From: Maribacter sp.
Lineage (GTDB): Bacteria > Bacteroidota > Bacteroidia > Flavobacteriales > Flavobacteriaceae
DNA length: 64,000 nt
Direction: 5' to 3'
Assembly (NCBI GenBank): GCA_002749285.1
Contig: PDPR01000011.1
Coordinates: 66,800-130,799 of the forward strand
Part shown: one piece after another, positions 1 to 9,470 of the stretch
How the letters are laid out: every line of letters begins with the position of its first letter
Position numbering within the stretch: the stretch's first letter is position 1
Notes under the pieces: model-generated
Told to the model about the DNA's origin: nothing
The model's database searches: none
Seen by the model: the letters and a program-made list of their open reading frames with translations, nothing else
Program-made: the position numbers and the translations under genes

Positions 1-1
1 G

Positions 2-295
2 GGAATGGAAATAGAAAACCGGGAACTGTTCAAGGACCCTAAGCATTTTGAACACTTTGCCGAGACAAAATTCAGGATCCAAGAGAACATTCCCCAGAAC
101 GAACCTATAAACAGTACGGGCTTTATGTTTGAGGGGGATACGTTTTACCTTCCTGAAAACATCGGCTTTACCGATGAGGGATTGGCCCTACTCTATAACC
201 AATATGAAGTGGCATCCTATGCCGATGGACCCATAAGATTGATATTGCCCTTTAATGAGGTTAAAAACTACTTGACCAAGAAAATCGGATTGTAA
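2..295 (+). CDS. DUF3298/DUF4163 (RsiV/PdaC-like) protein, C-terminal part; 5' end outside window
   Basis: Frame open from window start; F-x-LPENIGF...LLYNQYEVASYADG is typical of the DUF3298 C-terminus. Confidence 0.75.
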   Translation, partial: GMEIENRELFKDPKHFEHFAETKFRIQENIPQNEPINSTGFMFEGDTFYLPENIGFTDEGLALLYNQYEVASYADGPIRLILPFNEVKNYLTKKIGL

Positions 296-297
296 AT

Positions 298-764
298 TTA
301 AGCCTTGGCCGATACTATTTTTTCCAACGGTAGGACCACCCCTAAATGCGACCCTTCATGAAAAAGGTTGAAGGCTATGGAATCCTCGACGTTCTTTAAG
401 GTTACATTGACACTAGTGGTATATTCGTTAAAATTCTCGAAAACCCCATTCCCACAATCTTCCTGGATCCATTCAATAGTCGGGGACAGAAATCCTTTGA
501 TTGCATCCAACCCCCCATCGGTAGCCTTGCCATAGGGTACTGTGCCCTTTCCGAACTTGTCGACCAATGCATCGGGGACTTTCATATCCAGCCCGCTTAA
601 CCTACAAACCAATAACTGCCGGATCACAACCACATGTGCAATATTCCTCTAGATATTGTTGCGGTAACCACTGGGAATCTCCAATAACAATTCTTTTGGT
701 GTTTTCTTGAGTACGGAATAACGTATTTTCGGTTCTGTAGTGTAATGTCGAATAAGCTTTCCAA
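298..764 (-). pseudogene. DinB/DUF664-family (DinB_2) protein, disrupted
   Basis: Reconstructed MESLFDITLQNRK/IRYSVLKKTPKELLLEIPSGYRNNI*RNIAHVVVIRQLL...FNLFHEGSHLG; needs a 1-nt frameshift near 725-729 and has an in-frame TAG at 649-651 (family motif NNIWWNIAH). Confidence 0.75.
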
Positions 765-864
765 TGGGTATGATCTATAAAATGGTGGTAAAAATGGAAA
801 GGTTCCAATGGAATTGGGTTTCTTTGTATACCTTATACCGTAAGGAAACCAAAATATCCCAAGT

Positions 865-1218
865 ATGAAAAAAATATACTACCTAAGCAGCTGTGATACC
901 TGTAAAAGGATAATGAACGAATTGAATCCCTTAGACGATTTTCAGTTACAGGATATTAGGACAGAACCCATTACCCCTTCCCAACTGGAGGAAATGGAAA
1001 AATTGGCCGGTAGTTATGAATCCCTTTTTAGCAAAAGGGCCCGACTTTATAAAGAGAAGGGGTTGGCCCAAAAAAACCTTAATGAGGAAGATCACAAAAA
1101 GGCGATCCTTGAACACTATACTTTCTTGAGACGACCCGTAATCATTTTTAATGACAGGATATTCGTGGGAAACAGCAAGAAGGTGGTCAAGGCCGCAAAA
1201 GAAACCATACATCCTTGA
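865..1218 (+). CDS. ArsC/Spx-family (YffB-like) arsenate reductase protein
   Basis: YYLSSCDTCKR CxxC motif and FLRRPV motif. Confidence 0.85.
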   Translation: MKKIYYLSSCDTCKRIMNELNPLDDFQLQDIRTEPITPSQLEEMEKLAGSYESLFSKRARLYKEKGLAQKNLNEEDHKKAILEHYTFLRRPVIIFNDRIFVGNSKKVVKAAKETIHP

Positions 1219-2108
1219 GCAAACGTACTTTAGCCATTTTAGCAGCTATTGGGGCCACCTTTATCTATGGAATAAACCACACTATAGCCAAAGGGGCAAT
1301 GCCCGATTATATTGGGGCCCACGGTTTTGTCGTACTAAGGGTCATCGGTGGTGCTATATTGTTCTGGGGCATCTCGGTGTTTGGCCCCAAAGAGAGGATA
1401 GGAAAGAAGGACTACCTGCGGATCGCTGTCTGTGCGATTTTCGGAATGGGTCTGAACATGCTGGCCTTTTTTAAAGGCTTGTCCCTATCAACACCGATAA
1501 ACAGTGCTGTTTTAATCACCACTACACCTATAATCGTTCTAATCCTATCGGCTGTCCTGATCAAAGAGAAAATATCAGGCAGAAAGGTATTCGGGATATT
1601 TGTCGGACTGATAGGGGCTGTGGGCTTAATACTATTCGGTGCCGAGCTACGGCAAGATGCCCCGAATATCCCACTAGGTAATTTTTTGATTCTGTTGAAT
1701 TCCTTTTTCTATGGCATCTACCTGATACTTGCCAAAATCCTGATATCAAAATACCATCCTTTCACTTTCATGAAATGGATGTTCTCTTTGGGCATACTTA
1801 TCTGCCTGCCATTTGGGTACCATGAACTCATGGCGATAGAATGGTCCCTTTTGCCTTTTGATATTATTTGGCGCATTACCTTTGTGATCATAGGAACCAC
1901 ATTCTGCACTTACCTGTTCAATATCTTTGCACTTACCCAACTAAGAGCATCTACCCTGAGTGCCTTTGTCTATGTACAACCATTGATAGGTATCCTTTTT
2001 AGTATAGCCCTGGGCAAAGATGCCCTGACCACCACAAAGGTTCTGGCGGCATCGTTGGTTTTTCTGGGAGTGTATCTGTCCAGTAGAAGGGCTAGGCCAA
2101 ATCCTTAG
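1215..2108 (+). CDS. DMT/EamA family transporter
   Basis: About 10 hydrophobic helices in two repeats; overlaps the upstream stop by 4 nt. Confidence 0.9.
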   Translation: MSKRTLAILAAIGATFIYGINHTIAKGAMPDYIGAHGFVVLRVIGGAILFWGISVFGPKERIGKKDYLRIAVCAIFGMGLNMLAFFKGLSLSTPINSAVLITTTPIIVLILSAVLIKEKISGRKVFGIFVGLIGAVGLILFGAELRQDAPNIPLGNFLILLNSFFYGIYLILAKILISKYHPFTFMKWMFSLGILICLPFGYHELMAIEWSLLPFDIIWRITFVIIGTTFCTYLFNIFALTQLRASTLSAFVYVQPLIGILFSIALGKDALTTTKVLAASLVFLGVYLSSRRARPNP

Positions 2109-2568
2109 GTTTCTTGGCAAACTTACGGGTATCCTCCTTCGTTAGGGTACGAAAGCCCTCAGGTTTTTCCACTTGTCCAAAACGGACCAACAGCTCTTTG
2201 GAAAGTGGTGCAAGCTGCCTTGTCTCCAAACTGATCCAAGCACCCATCATTTCACAATGGGCAACGTTCCTGCCCTTATGGTCATAAAAATTATGGTGGA
2301 ACTCAAAGAAGCAGCCATCCTCACTCATGCCCATCACCTCCAATGAAACCCTGACCGGCTTGCCGGGAAAGACCTCTTTGAAATAATACATATGCTCATG
2401 AAAAACCACAGGACTTATCTTGTTCCTGACCATATCCTCATAACCAAAGCCGTGTTCCAACAGATAAGCCATACGGGTATGGCTCATAAAATTAATATAG
2501 GCTGAATTGGCCAAATGGCGATTGGCATCCACATCACTCCAACGAATTTCAAACTCTTTTAGAAACAT
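2092..2568 (-). CDS. acyl-CoA thioesterase (4HBT/hot-dog fold)
   Basis: EIRWSDVDANRHLANSAY motif. Confidence 0.9.
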   Translation of the reverse strand: MFLKEFEIRWSDVDANRHLANSAYINFMSHTRMAYLLEHGFGYEDMVRNKISPVVFHEHMYYFKEVFPGKPVRVSLEVMGMSEDGCFFEFHHNFYDHKGRNVAHCEMMGAWISLETRQLAPLSKELLVRFGQVEKPEGFRTLTKEDTRKFAKKPKDLA

Positions 2569-2586
2569 TCTTCTTGAATTATTTTA

Positions 2587-2600
2587 TTATGCATGCATAA
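2587..2600. promoter_or_regulatory. perfect 14-bp palindrome TTATGCATGCATAA, probable repressor operator
   Basis: Lies between divergent thioesterase and nitronate monooxygenase genes, just downstream of a minus-strand TATTTTTG -7 box (2607-2614). Confidence 0.6.
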
Positions 2601-2683
2601 GAGTGACAAAAATACCATAGTTTTGGTAAACTACGGACAACACCCGAAAAAAATCCATCTTTCAAAATAATAAAATCAAAGTT

Positions 2684-3658
2684 ATGAGTACTTCAGCACC
2701 TTTCATCAAAGATCTTTCCCTACCTGTAATTGCAGCCCCGATGTTCCTTATATCAGGGCCGAAATTGGTAATTGAATGTTGTAAGAATGGTATCGTGGGT
2801 ACTTTTCCCGCCTTAAACCAGCGTACCAGTGAAGGTTTTGAGGAATGGTTAATCGAGATAAAGACATCTTTGGAAACCTTTGAGAAAGAAAGTGGGAAAA
2901 AGGCCGCCCCATTTGGGGTCAATCTTATTGTACACCCTACAAACCCTCGCCTTGAAGCCGACATAAAACTTTGTGTAAAGCACAAAGTGCCCTTGATCAT
3001 CACCTCTCTTGGTGCGGTTTCACAAGTAGTGGATGCCATTCACGGTTATGGTGGACTTGTATTCCACGATGTTATCAAAAAAAGACATGCCCAAAAGGCT
3101 GCCAAGGCAGGTGTAGACGGACTCATTTTAGTTGCCGCGGGGGCAGGTGGCCATGCAGGGGTCACAAACCCCATGACCTTGGTAGCCGAAATCAAAAAAT
3201 TCTTTGACAAGACCATTGTTCTTTCTGGTTGTATAAGTACAGGAAGGGATGTTGCCTCAGCCCTCCAAATGGGTGCCGATTTGGCCTATATGGGAACACG
3301 TTTCATCAATGTAGAGGAAAGCAAGGCAACGGATGATTACAAAAAGATGATCATTGAATCCGGGGCCAGCGACGTAGTGTATACTGCCGCGATCTCGGGG
3401 GTACATGCCAACTTCTTGGGAGCCAGCCTTAAAGCTGCGGGCATCACGGAAGAAGATTTGAAAAAAGACCAGAAAATAGATTTTGGAAAAGAAATGGATA
3501 CGGAAGCCAAGGCCTGGAAAACGATATGGTCTGCCGGCCAAGGGGTCGCAACCATAGAAAATGTCCTACCTGTTTCGGAATTGGTCGATAACTTAAAAAC
3601 AACGTTCAAAGCCGCCATAGAGGAACAGATAAAAGTATTGGAGATATTCCCAAAATAA
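2684..3658 (+). CDS. nitronate monooxygenase / 2-nitropropane dioxygenase family flavoprotein
   Basis: PVIAAPMFLIS, GAGGHAG, GADLAYMGTRF and WSAGQG motifs. Confidence 0.9.
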   Translation: MSTSAPFIKDLSLPVIAAPMFLISGPKLVIECCKNGIVGTFPALNQRTSEGFEEWLIEIKTSLETFEKESGKKAAPFGVNLIVHPTNPRLEADIKLCVKHKVPLIITSLGAVSQVVDAIHGYGGLVFHDVIKKRHAQKAAKAGVDGLILVAAGAGGHAGVTNPMTLVAEIKKFFDKTIVLSGCISTGRDVASALQMGADLAYMGTRFINVEESKATDDYKKMIIESGASDVVYTAAISGVHANFLGASLKAAGITEEDLKKDQKIDFGKEMDTEAKAWKTIWSAGQGVATIENVLPVSELVDNLKTTFKAAIEEQIKVLEIFPK

Positions 3659-3671
3659 AAAGTATTGCACC

Positions 3672-4634
3672 ATGCCACTAGTTACTTCGGAATACAACCC
3701 TCCGCTCCTGTTTAAAAATGGGCATTTCTCGACCATTTACTCAGGTCTGATAAGAACGGTTCCGGGAATACACCAGGAACGGGAACGGATATTACTGCAA
3801 GATGGGGACTTTATGGATTTGGATTGGAGCTATGCCCAACGACCCTGCCATAAAGTACTCATCTTATTACATGGTCTAGAAGGTAATGCCCAAAGACCTT
3901 ATATCACTGGTAGTGCAAAATTGGCCAACGCCCAAGGCTATGATGCCTGTGCCGTTAATTTTAGGGGGTGCAGTGGGGAAATGAATACCCTATACCGTTC
4001 CTACCATTCAGGGGATACGAAGGATCTGGACGCTGTTGTACGGCATCTTTTGAAAAAAAACACCTATAATGAGATCTTTATCAAGGGGTTTAGCCTAGGG
4101 GGTAATCTCGCACTAAAATACATTGGCGAGGGGCGGGACGAGCTGCCCAAACAGGTAAAAAAGGTCGTGGCGGTCTCTGTGCCCTGTGACCTACATAGTT
4201 CACTAAAGCAATTATTACTGCCCAAAAATTATCCCTATAGCCAAAATTTCAAAAATCATTTAATCGCCAAGTTGCGGCTGAAGCAAAAGATATTCCCCTT
4301 AAAGATTTCAGATACCGATATTGCCCATATCAAGACCCTAAAGGATTTTGATGATATTTACACGAGCAAGGCACACGGTTTTGAAGATGCACTCGACTAT
4401 TATAAAAAGTGCAGTTCATTACAATTCCTTCCTAAGATCAATATAGCCACACTTATTATAAATGCCAAGAACGATTCTTTCTTGGGTGCCGGGTGTTACC
4501 CATACAAGGAAGCGGAAGAAAACAATTCTGTTTTCCTAGAGGTTCCGGCCTCGGGCGGACATGTTGGTTTCTACGGAGATCGGAATACCACATATACCGA
4601 AAAAAGAACCCTAAGATTCTTTGCGGAACCATGA
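3672..4634 (+). CDS. YheT-family alpha/beta hydrolase
   Basis: LLHGLEG, GFSLGGN nucleophile elbow, GGHVGF. Confidence 0.9.
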   Translation: MPLVTSEYNPPLLFKNGHFSTIYSGLIRTVPGIHQERERILLQDGDFMDLDWSYAQRPCHKVLILLHGLEGNAQRPYITGSAKLANAQGYDACAVNFRGCSGEMNTLYRSYHSGDTKDLDAVVRHLLKKNTYNEIFIKGFSLGGNLALKYIGEGRDELPKQVKKVVAVSVPCDLHSSLKQLLLPKNYPYSQNFKNHLIAKLRLKQKIFPLKISDTDIAHIKTLKDFDDIYTSKAHGFEDALDYYKKCSSLQFLPKINIATLIINAKNDSFLGAGCYPYKEAEENNSVFLEVPASGGHVGFYGDRNTTYTEKRTLRFFAEP

Positions 4635-4983
4635 TCTGATCATCCCTTGATAAAACAATACGACAATCGTTATAGATAATGAAGATAAAGGGATATGGGC
4701 GGTTGCAGGGTGTTACGCTCTCCCCAAATCAGGTTATCCAATGCTGTTGACTTATCGATTATTGTATCCGATACGGGAAACCAGCCGCACGCATTACTTT
4801 CTTCATACACACGGACGATATTTTTTGTAAAGTTATCCTGAACCCTGAAAATTGTAGTCTCCGAGGCTCAAGCATATAAATAATTTGGCAATTAGGTTGC
4901 AGTTCCAGCAGTTCAATAAACCCATTGTCCAAAACACATGACCAATCTTATACAAGACCTTGAGGGCAATACCTTTTTTTCGT

Positions 4984-6561
4984 TTACACCTTATCAACAG
5001 CTACTTTATATGTTGGGTCTTCCAGTACATTCACATCGATAATATCGTTCGCATTTCCCAAAAGTAGGATACAGTCTTTGCTTAAATGCTTTAAATGGAT
5101 CTTCTTTCCCACTTTGGCATAACGCTCGGTAAGTTTGTTCAAGGCCTCGATACCCGACATATCCACAATACGACTCTCCCGAAAATCAATGATCACTTCC
5201 TCGGGATCATTCTGAACATCGAATTTTTCATTGAACAACGTGGTGGAAGCAAAGAATAGCGGTCCATAGATCTCATAATGCTTGACCCCTTGCCCATCAA
5301 TATATTTCCTTGCCCGGATACGTTTCGCATTTTCCCAAGCATAGGCCAAGGCAGAAATGACCACTCCAAATAATACAGCGATGGCCAAATTATGGGTGAT
5401 GGCTGTAATCAAGGTTACCAATACCATTACGATAACATCGGAATTGGGCATTTTCCGAAAGGTCTTGAAACTCGCCCATTCAAAAGTGCCAATAGCTACC
5501 ATAAACATAAGACCCACCAAGGCCGCCATTGGCAAACGCTCAATCAGACTAGATCCAAAGCTTATAAAAACCAATAACATTACCGCTGCGGTAATTCCCG
5601 ACAATCTTGCACGTGCCCCTGATGAAGTATTGATCAAACTCTGGCCGATCATGGCACAACCTCCCATTCCCGATAAAAACCCGGAAAGGATATTCGCCGT
5701 TCCCTGGGCAACACATTCCTTGTTGCCACTACCCCGGGTTTCGGTTATTTCATCGATAATATTGAGGGTAAGTAGACTTTCCGTCAACCCTACGACCGCT
5801 ACGATCAAGGAAAAAGGGAAAATGATCTTCAGGCTTTGCAAGGTAAATGGTATATCAGGAATTGATATTGGCGGAAACCCACCTTGGATGGTCTGTCCTT
5901 CTTTCATGGTATCCGCCACGGTAAGCGTATCAATATCAAAACCAATTACAATCGCTGAAACCACCAAGATGGCCAATAAGGAGGAAGGAATAGCCTTTGT
6001 CAGCTTTGGAAACCCCCAGATGATCAACATGGTCAATAAGGTTAGGCCCAACATGGTATACATGGAAGCCCCGGTCAGGAGCTCATCCGTTCCTTTTTGA
6101 TAAAAATTAGGAAACTGGGCCATAAATATGATTATTGCCAAGCCGTTTACAAACCCGAACATTACGGGGTGGGGTACCAAGCGGATAAATTTACCCAAAC
6201 GCAAAAAACCCGCGATTACCTGTAACAGTCCGGCTAAGATAACCGTTGCAAAAACATAATGTAAAATAGTCTCAGGGCCAATATCTGGAAATGCCTCTTT
6301 AAGTTCTAGGATCAACCCGACAAAAATAACAGCGACAGCCCCAGTGGCACCCGATATCATTCCTGGCCTACCACCAAAGATGGAAGTGATCAAGGCCAGG
6401 ACAAATGCGGCATACAAACCGGTCAAAGGAGAGAATCCAGGGATCAAGGCAAAGGCAATCGCCTCAGGTACCAAGGCCAAGGCCACGGTGATACCTGATA
6501 AGATCTCTGTCTTATAATCTACTTTCTGCTTAAAATCGAATATATTCAAATACTTCTTCAT
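4984..6561 (-). CDS. SulP family inorganic anion transporter with STAS domain
   Basis: ALALVPEAIAFA, FGGRPGMISGATG, GPLFFAS, DMSGIEAL; ATG 6561 follows a TAATTTTG box at 6581-6588. Confidence 0.93.
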   Translation of the reverse strand: MKKYLNIFDFKQKVDYKTEILSGITVALALVPEAIAFALIPGFSPLTGLYAAFVLALITSIFGGRPGMISGATGAVAVIFVGLILELKEAFPDIGPETILHYVFATVILAGLLQVIAGFLRLGKFIRLVPHPVMFGFVNGLAIIIFMAQFPNFYQKGTDELLTGASMYTMLGLTLLTMLIIWGFPKLTKAIPSSLLAILVVSAIVIGFDIDTLTVADTMKEGQTIQGGFPPISIPDIPFTLQSLKIIFPFSLIVAVVGLTESLLTLNIIDEITETRGSGNKECVAQGTANILSGFLSGMGGCAMIGQSLINTSSGARARLSGITAAVMLLVFISFGSSLIERLPMAALVGLMFMVAIGTFEWASFKTFRKMPNSDVIVMVLVTLITAITHNLAIAVLFGVVISALAYAWENAKRIRARKYIDGQGVKHYEIYGPLFFASTTLFNEKFDVQNDPEEVIIDFRESRIVDMSGIEALNKLTERYAKVGKKIHLKHLSKDCILLLGNANDIIDVNVLEDPTYKVAVDKV

Positions 6562-6626
6562 AGCCTGCAATTAAAGGGCGCAAAATTAATACTAATTGTT
6601 GAGTATGACCTTAAAACATACGATTA

Positions 6627-6735
6627 ATCAACAACCCCGGCCCAAGGGTACGGGGTATGCTCCCGAAAAAACTTTTATTGTTTCGAGGCAAGCCTCGGGA
6701 AATCGAACCCTTTTCGGCCATCGCCCCGCGATTAA
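6627..6735 (+). repeat. ~105-bp dispersed triple-hairpin repeat, copy 1 (probable IS200/IS605-derived miniature element)
   Basis: AACCCCGGCCCAAGGGTACGGGGTAT...TTTCGAGGCAAGCCTCGGGAAATC...ATCGCCCCGCGATTAA; homologous copies at 22316, 59628 and 60829. Confidence 0.9.
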
Positions 6736-7251
6736 GGGCTTAACAACATGCCACGGTTTCAATCCCAACAATTCCCCGTCAAATAGGGATACATTAAGGG
6801 TATCGCATTTCCTCTGTTACTGATTCTCCTATGGAGTCCAGCATTGTTTTCTATAGGGGAAAACCATAAATACAATATGTCCTACCTTATCTTAATATTG
6901 GCATCTATTTGAACTATATTGATATATTAGCTGTTTTTATGTTATTCTTAGGGCAATCTTGTTTTATTCCACTATGGAAACCCGATTGAAAACTTTTGAC
7001 CGACCATCCCAAAACCCCTTTCGTCTTTTGCATGGTGGCCCCAATATCCCACATTTGAATTTTGACCACGGAGCGAGCACCCCATACCATATTTCAAAAC
7101 GGATTCTGTTCAGCAAAACCCCAATTGTAATGGAACCCCATGGCCCAACAAAAAACCACCCCAATCACATAGATCAGGGCGGTTCTTAACTAGATAACCA
7201 ACCAAAAGTCCTTATTTGAACAACGCTCTGGACCAAAACGCCGAAATTATA

Positions 7252-8175
7252 TTATTCCCTAATTCGCTTTACCCGCATTACTGGGTTCAATGTCTTCTTT
7301 CTTTTCTTCCTGACCAAGGTCTTACCGGATTTCAAGTATTGGATGTATCCGATTCCCTTAAACCTATACACCGTTCCACTACTGGAGTGATACAACTCAA
7401 TAGTACGATCATTAACAACGTATAACTCAAAGTAATCATTACCCATAAAATCATACCCCAATGTTAACGTTTTAAGCGTTTCGTCGTTTTCCACATCATA
7501 TACACCATAATCCCCTTCAAAATCCCACTGAAGGTTGTTTAGGCCAGTACCTATCGAATCGATGGATGATCTAAAAACATTATCCCCGCCATCCTCGAAA
7601 AACTGTAAGAAATTCTCCTTATCAAAATCATTCAACACCCCTGATTCACTGGTATATATTTTCTCCCACACATCGTATTCCTGTAACAAATACTGTATGT
7701 TGTCATAAAAGACCAAATCAAAATCAAAACTGTTCAACTGATAGCCTCTTAAAAAATAGGACGTATCGGAGTTGGAATCATACAATTCCAAGGTATTGTC
7801 ATTTACCGCATACACATCCAAAAGCCAGCTCCCATCAATATCATGGTCTATTTCCAAAGTTCCGGGAAAGGCATCGAAATAACCTATTTGGATCCCATAC
7901 CCTTGTCCCGTCTTACCAAGACCTACGATATTGTTGTTCGCATACACCTTGCCATTATCAAAGGAAATGGTAAAAGCAGATTGCAGAAAAGGAACCTCCC
8001 CATTTCCTATAGTCTCATTTATGTCCACATACCATAAGTCAAAGGATTGTAATACCTGGGCAGTATTATAACCAGATTCCTCTATGAATGTATCTTCAAG
8101 TATGACCTCGCTGTAACAAGAAGACATTAAGGTTCCTATCAATAATAGTCCAAGGTGAAGTTTTATCGCTCTCAT
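7252..8175 (-). CDS. conserved Flavobacteriaceae lipoprotein of unknown function (often mislabelled nicotinic acid mononucleotide adenyltransferase)
   Basis: Lipobox LMSSC; two-fold internal similarity (VNDNTLELYDS / VNDRTIELYHS); no HIGH motif; next to gpsA. Confidence 0.7.
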   Translation of the reverse strand: MRAIKLHLGLLLIGTLMSSCYSEVILEDTFIEESGYNTAQVLQSFDLWYVDINETIGNGEVPFLQSAFTISFDNGKVYANNNIVGLGKTGQGYGIQIGYFDAFPGTLEIDHDIDGSWLLDVYAVNDNTLELYDSNSDTSYFLRGYQLNSFDFDLVFYDNIQYLLQEYDVWEKIYTSESGVLNDFDKENFLQFFEDGGDNVFRSSIDSIGTGLNNLQWDFEGDYGVYDVENDETLKTLTLGYDFMGNDYFELYVVNDRTIELYHSSSGTVYRFKGIGYIQYLKSGKTLVRKKRKKTLNPVMRVKRIRE

Positions 8176-8353
8176 AAGTTCTTCTTTTTAGTTTAATATA
8201 ATCTGCCACATAACCTTTCGGTGCAAGCCGAAGACCATTTCGGCATATTCCATTTATCTGACCATGTTTCTTCATACTGTACAGGACAATCACCGTGCCA
8301 CAAATTATAACTTGCTGTTTTATAGTGTTTTAGATTATTGTTTTAATTTTATT

Positions 8354-8361
8354 TACATTTG
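8354..8361 (+). promoter_or_regulatory. Bacteroidetes sigma-70 -7 box TACATTTG upstream of gpsA
   Basis: Matches the TAnnTTTG consensus about 20 nt before the ATG. Confidence 0.55.
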
Positions 8362-8380
8362 ATGTCAATTAATATTCTAT

Positions 8381-9382
8381 ATGGGGGAAGATTTTCGATT
8401 TGCAGTATTCGGTGGTGGAAGTTGGGCAACGGCTATTGTCAAAATGCTCACTGAAAACCTACATAAGATCACGTGGTATATGCGGAATGGGAATGCCATA
8501 GCCCATATTGAGGCACAAAAACACAATCCCAATTATCTAAGTTCGGTCGAATTCAATACCGATCAATTGAACCTGACCTCCAATATGGATGCGGCTGTAA
8601 TGGACAATAATGTCCTCATTTTCGCCATACCTTCGGCATTCCTTGATACGGAATTGAAGAAATCGACCGTCTCACTACAGAACAAGATCATATTTTCCGC
8701 AATTAAAGGAATCGTTCCGGAAACGGGTCTAATCGTTGGTGAGCACTTTAACAAGATATACAATATCCCCCTCGATAATATCGGCGTGCTCACAGGGCCT
8801 TGCCATGCCGAGGAAGTTGCCTTGGAACGTCTTTCATACCTTACAATAGCCTGTGTTGACAAAGCGAAAGCCGAGTTGGTTGCCAATTCGCTAAAAAGCG
8901 ATTATATCAAAACCAAGATCTCCGATGATATCATAGGTACGGAGTACGCCGCAATGTTAAAGAACATTTATGCGATTGCTGCCGGTATCTTCCATGGTCT
9001 GGGCTATGGGGACAATTTCCAAAGTGTACTTATGAGCAACAGTATCCGTGAGATGAAACGCTATATCAAACAGGTACATAAAATGAAGCGCAACATTAAT
9101 AATTCCGCCTATCTCGGTGACCTGTTGGTTACGGGGTACTCCACTTTCAGCCGTAACCGAATGTTCGGGAATATGATCGGCAAAGGGTATACCGTAAAAA
9201 GTGCAATGATGGAAATGAACATGGTTGCCGAAGGTTATTATGCCACCAAAAGTACTTATAAACAGAAGGCCAACTTTAAGAACAAGGTGCGTACACCGAT
9301 TATCGATGCGGTATACAATGTACTCTACCTTGGTAAAAATGCCAAAAATACTTTTGCGGCCTTGACCAACAAGATAGATTAG
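8381..9382 (+). CDS. gpsA: NAD(P)H-dependent glycerol-3-phosphate dehydrogenase
   Basis: GGGSWATA, GPCHAEEVA, LKNIYAIAAG, GDLLVTGYS-SRN motifs. Confidence 0.95.
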   Translation: MGEDFRFAVFGGGSWATAIVKMLTENLHKITWYMRNGNAIAHIEAQKHNPNYLSSVEFNTDQLNLTSNMDAAVMDNNVLIFAIPSAFLDTELKKSTVSLQNKIIFSAIKGIVPETGLIVGEHFNKIYNIPLDNIGVLTGPCHAEEVALERLSYLTIACVDKAKAELVANSLKSDYIKTKISDDIIGTEYAAMLKNIYAIAAGIFHGLGYGDNFQSVLMSNSIREMKRYIKQVHKMKRNINNSAYLGDLLVTGYSTFSRNRMFGNMIGKGYTVKSAMMEMNMVAEGYYATKSTYKQKANFKNKVRTPIIDAVYNVLYLGKNAKNTFAALTNKID

Positions 9383-9470
9383 TCTGGCAAACCCTGAAAG
9401 ACCTTATAAATATCGGAAGGGAACATCAAAAGGATAAGAAACCCGATTCCTGGGATTAAAGACCAGGCAC

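Noticed and set aside
4640-4980. Possible remnant of a T9SS-type secreted protein on the minus strand
   Set aside because: Only short interrupted frames; family cannot be supported without a search
5357-6100. 247-aa + strand ORF
   Set aside because: Antisense shadow of the SulP gene; no motifs. The same applies to the many antisense ORFs inside A2M, moxR, batC, pheS and pyk.
6596-6823. ORFs 6596-6823, 59625-59849 and 60795-61001 sharing PRPKGTG-like or related peptides
   Set aside because: Translations of the 105-bp repeat; frames are not conserved among copies, so not a protein family
6959-7189. 76-aa ORF METRLKTF...
   Set aside because: No recognisable motif or promoter support; left uncalled
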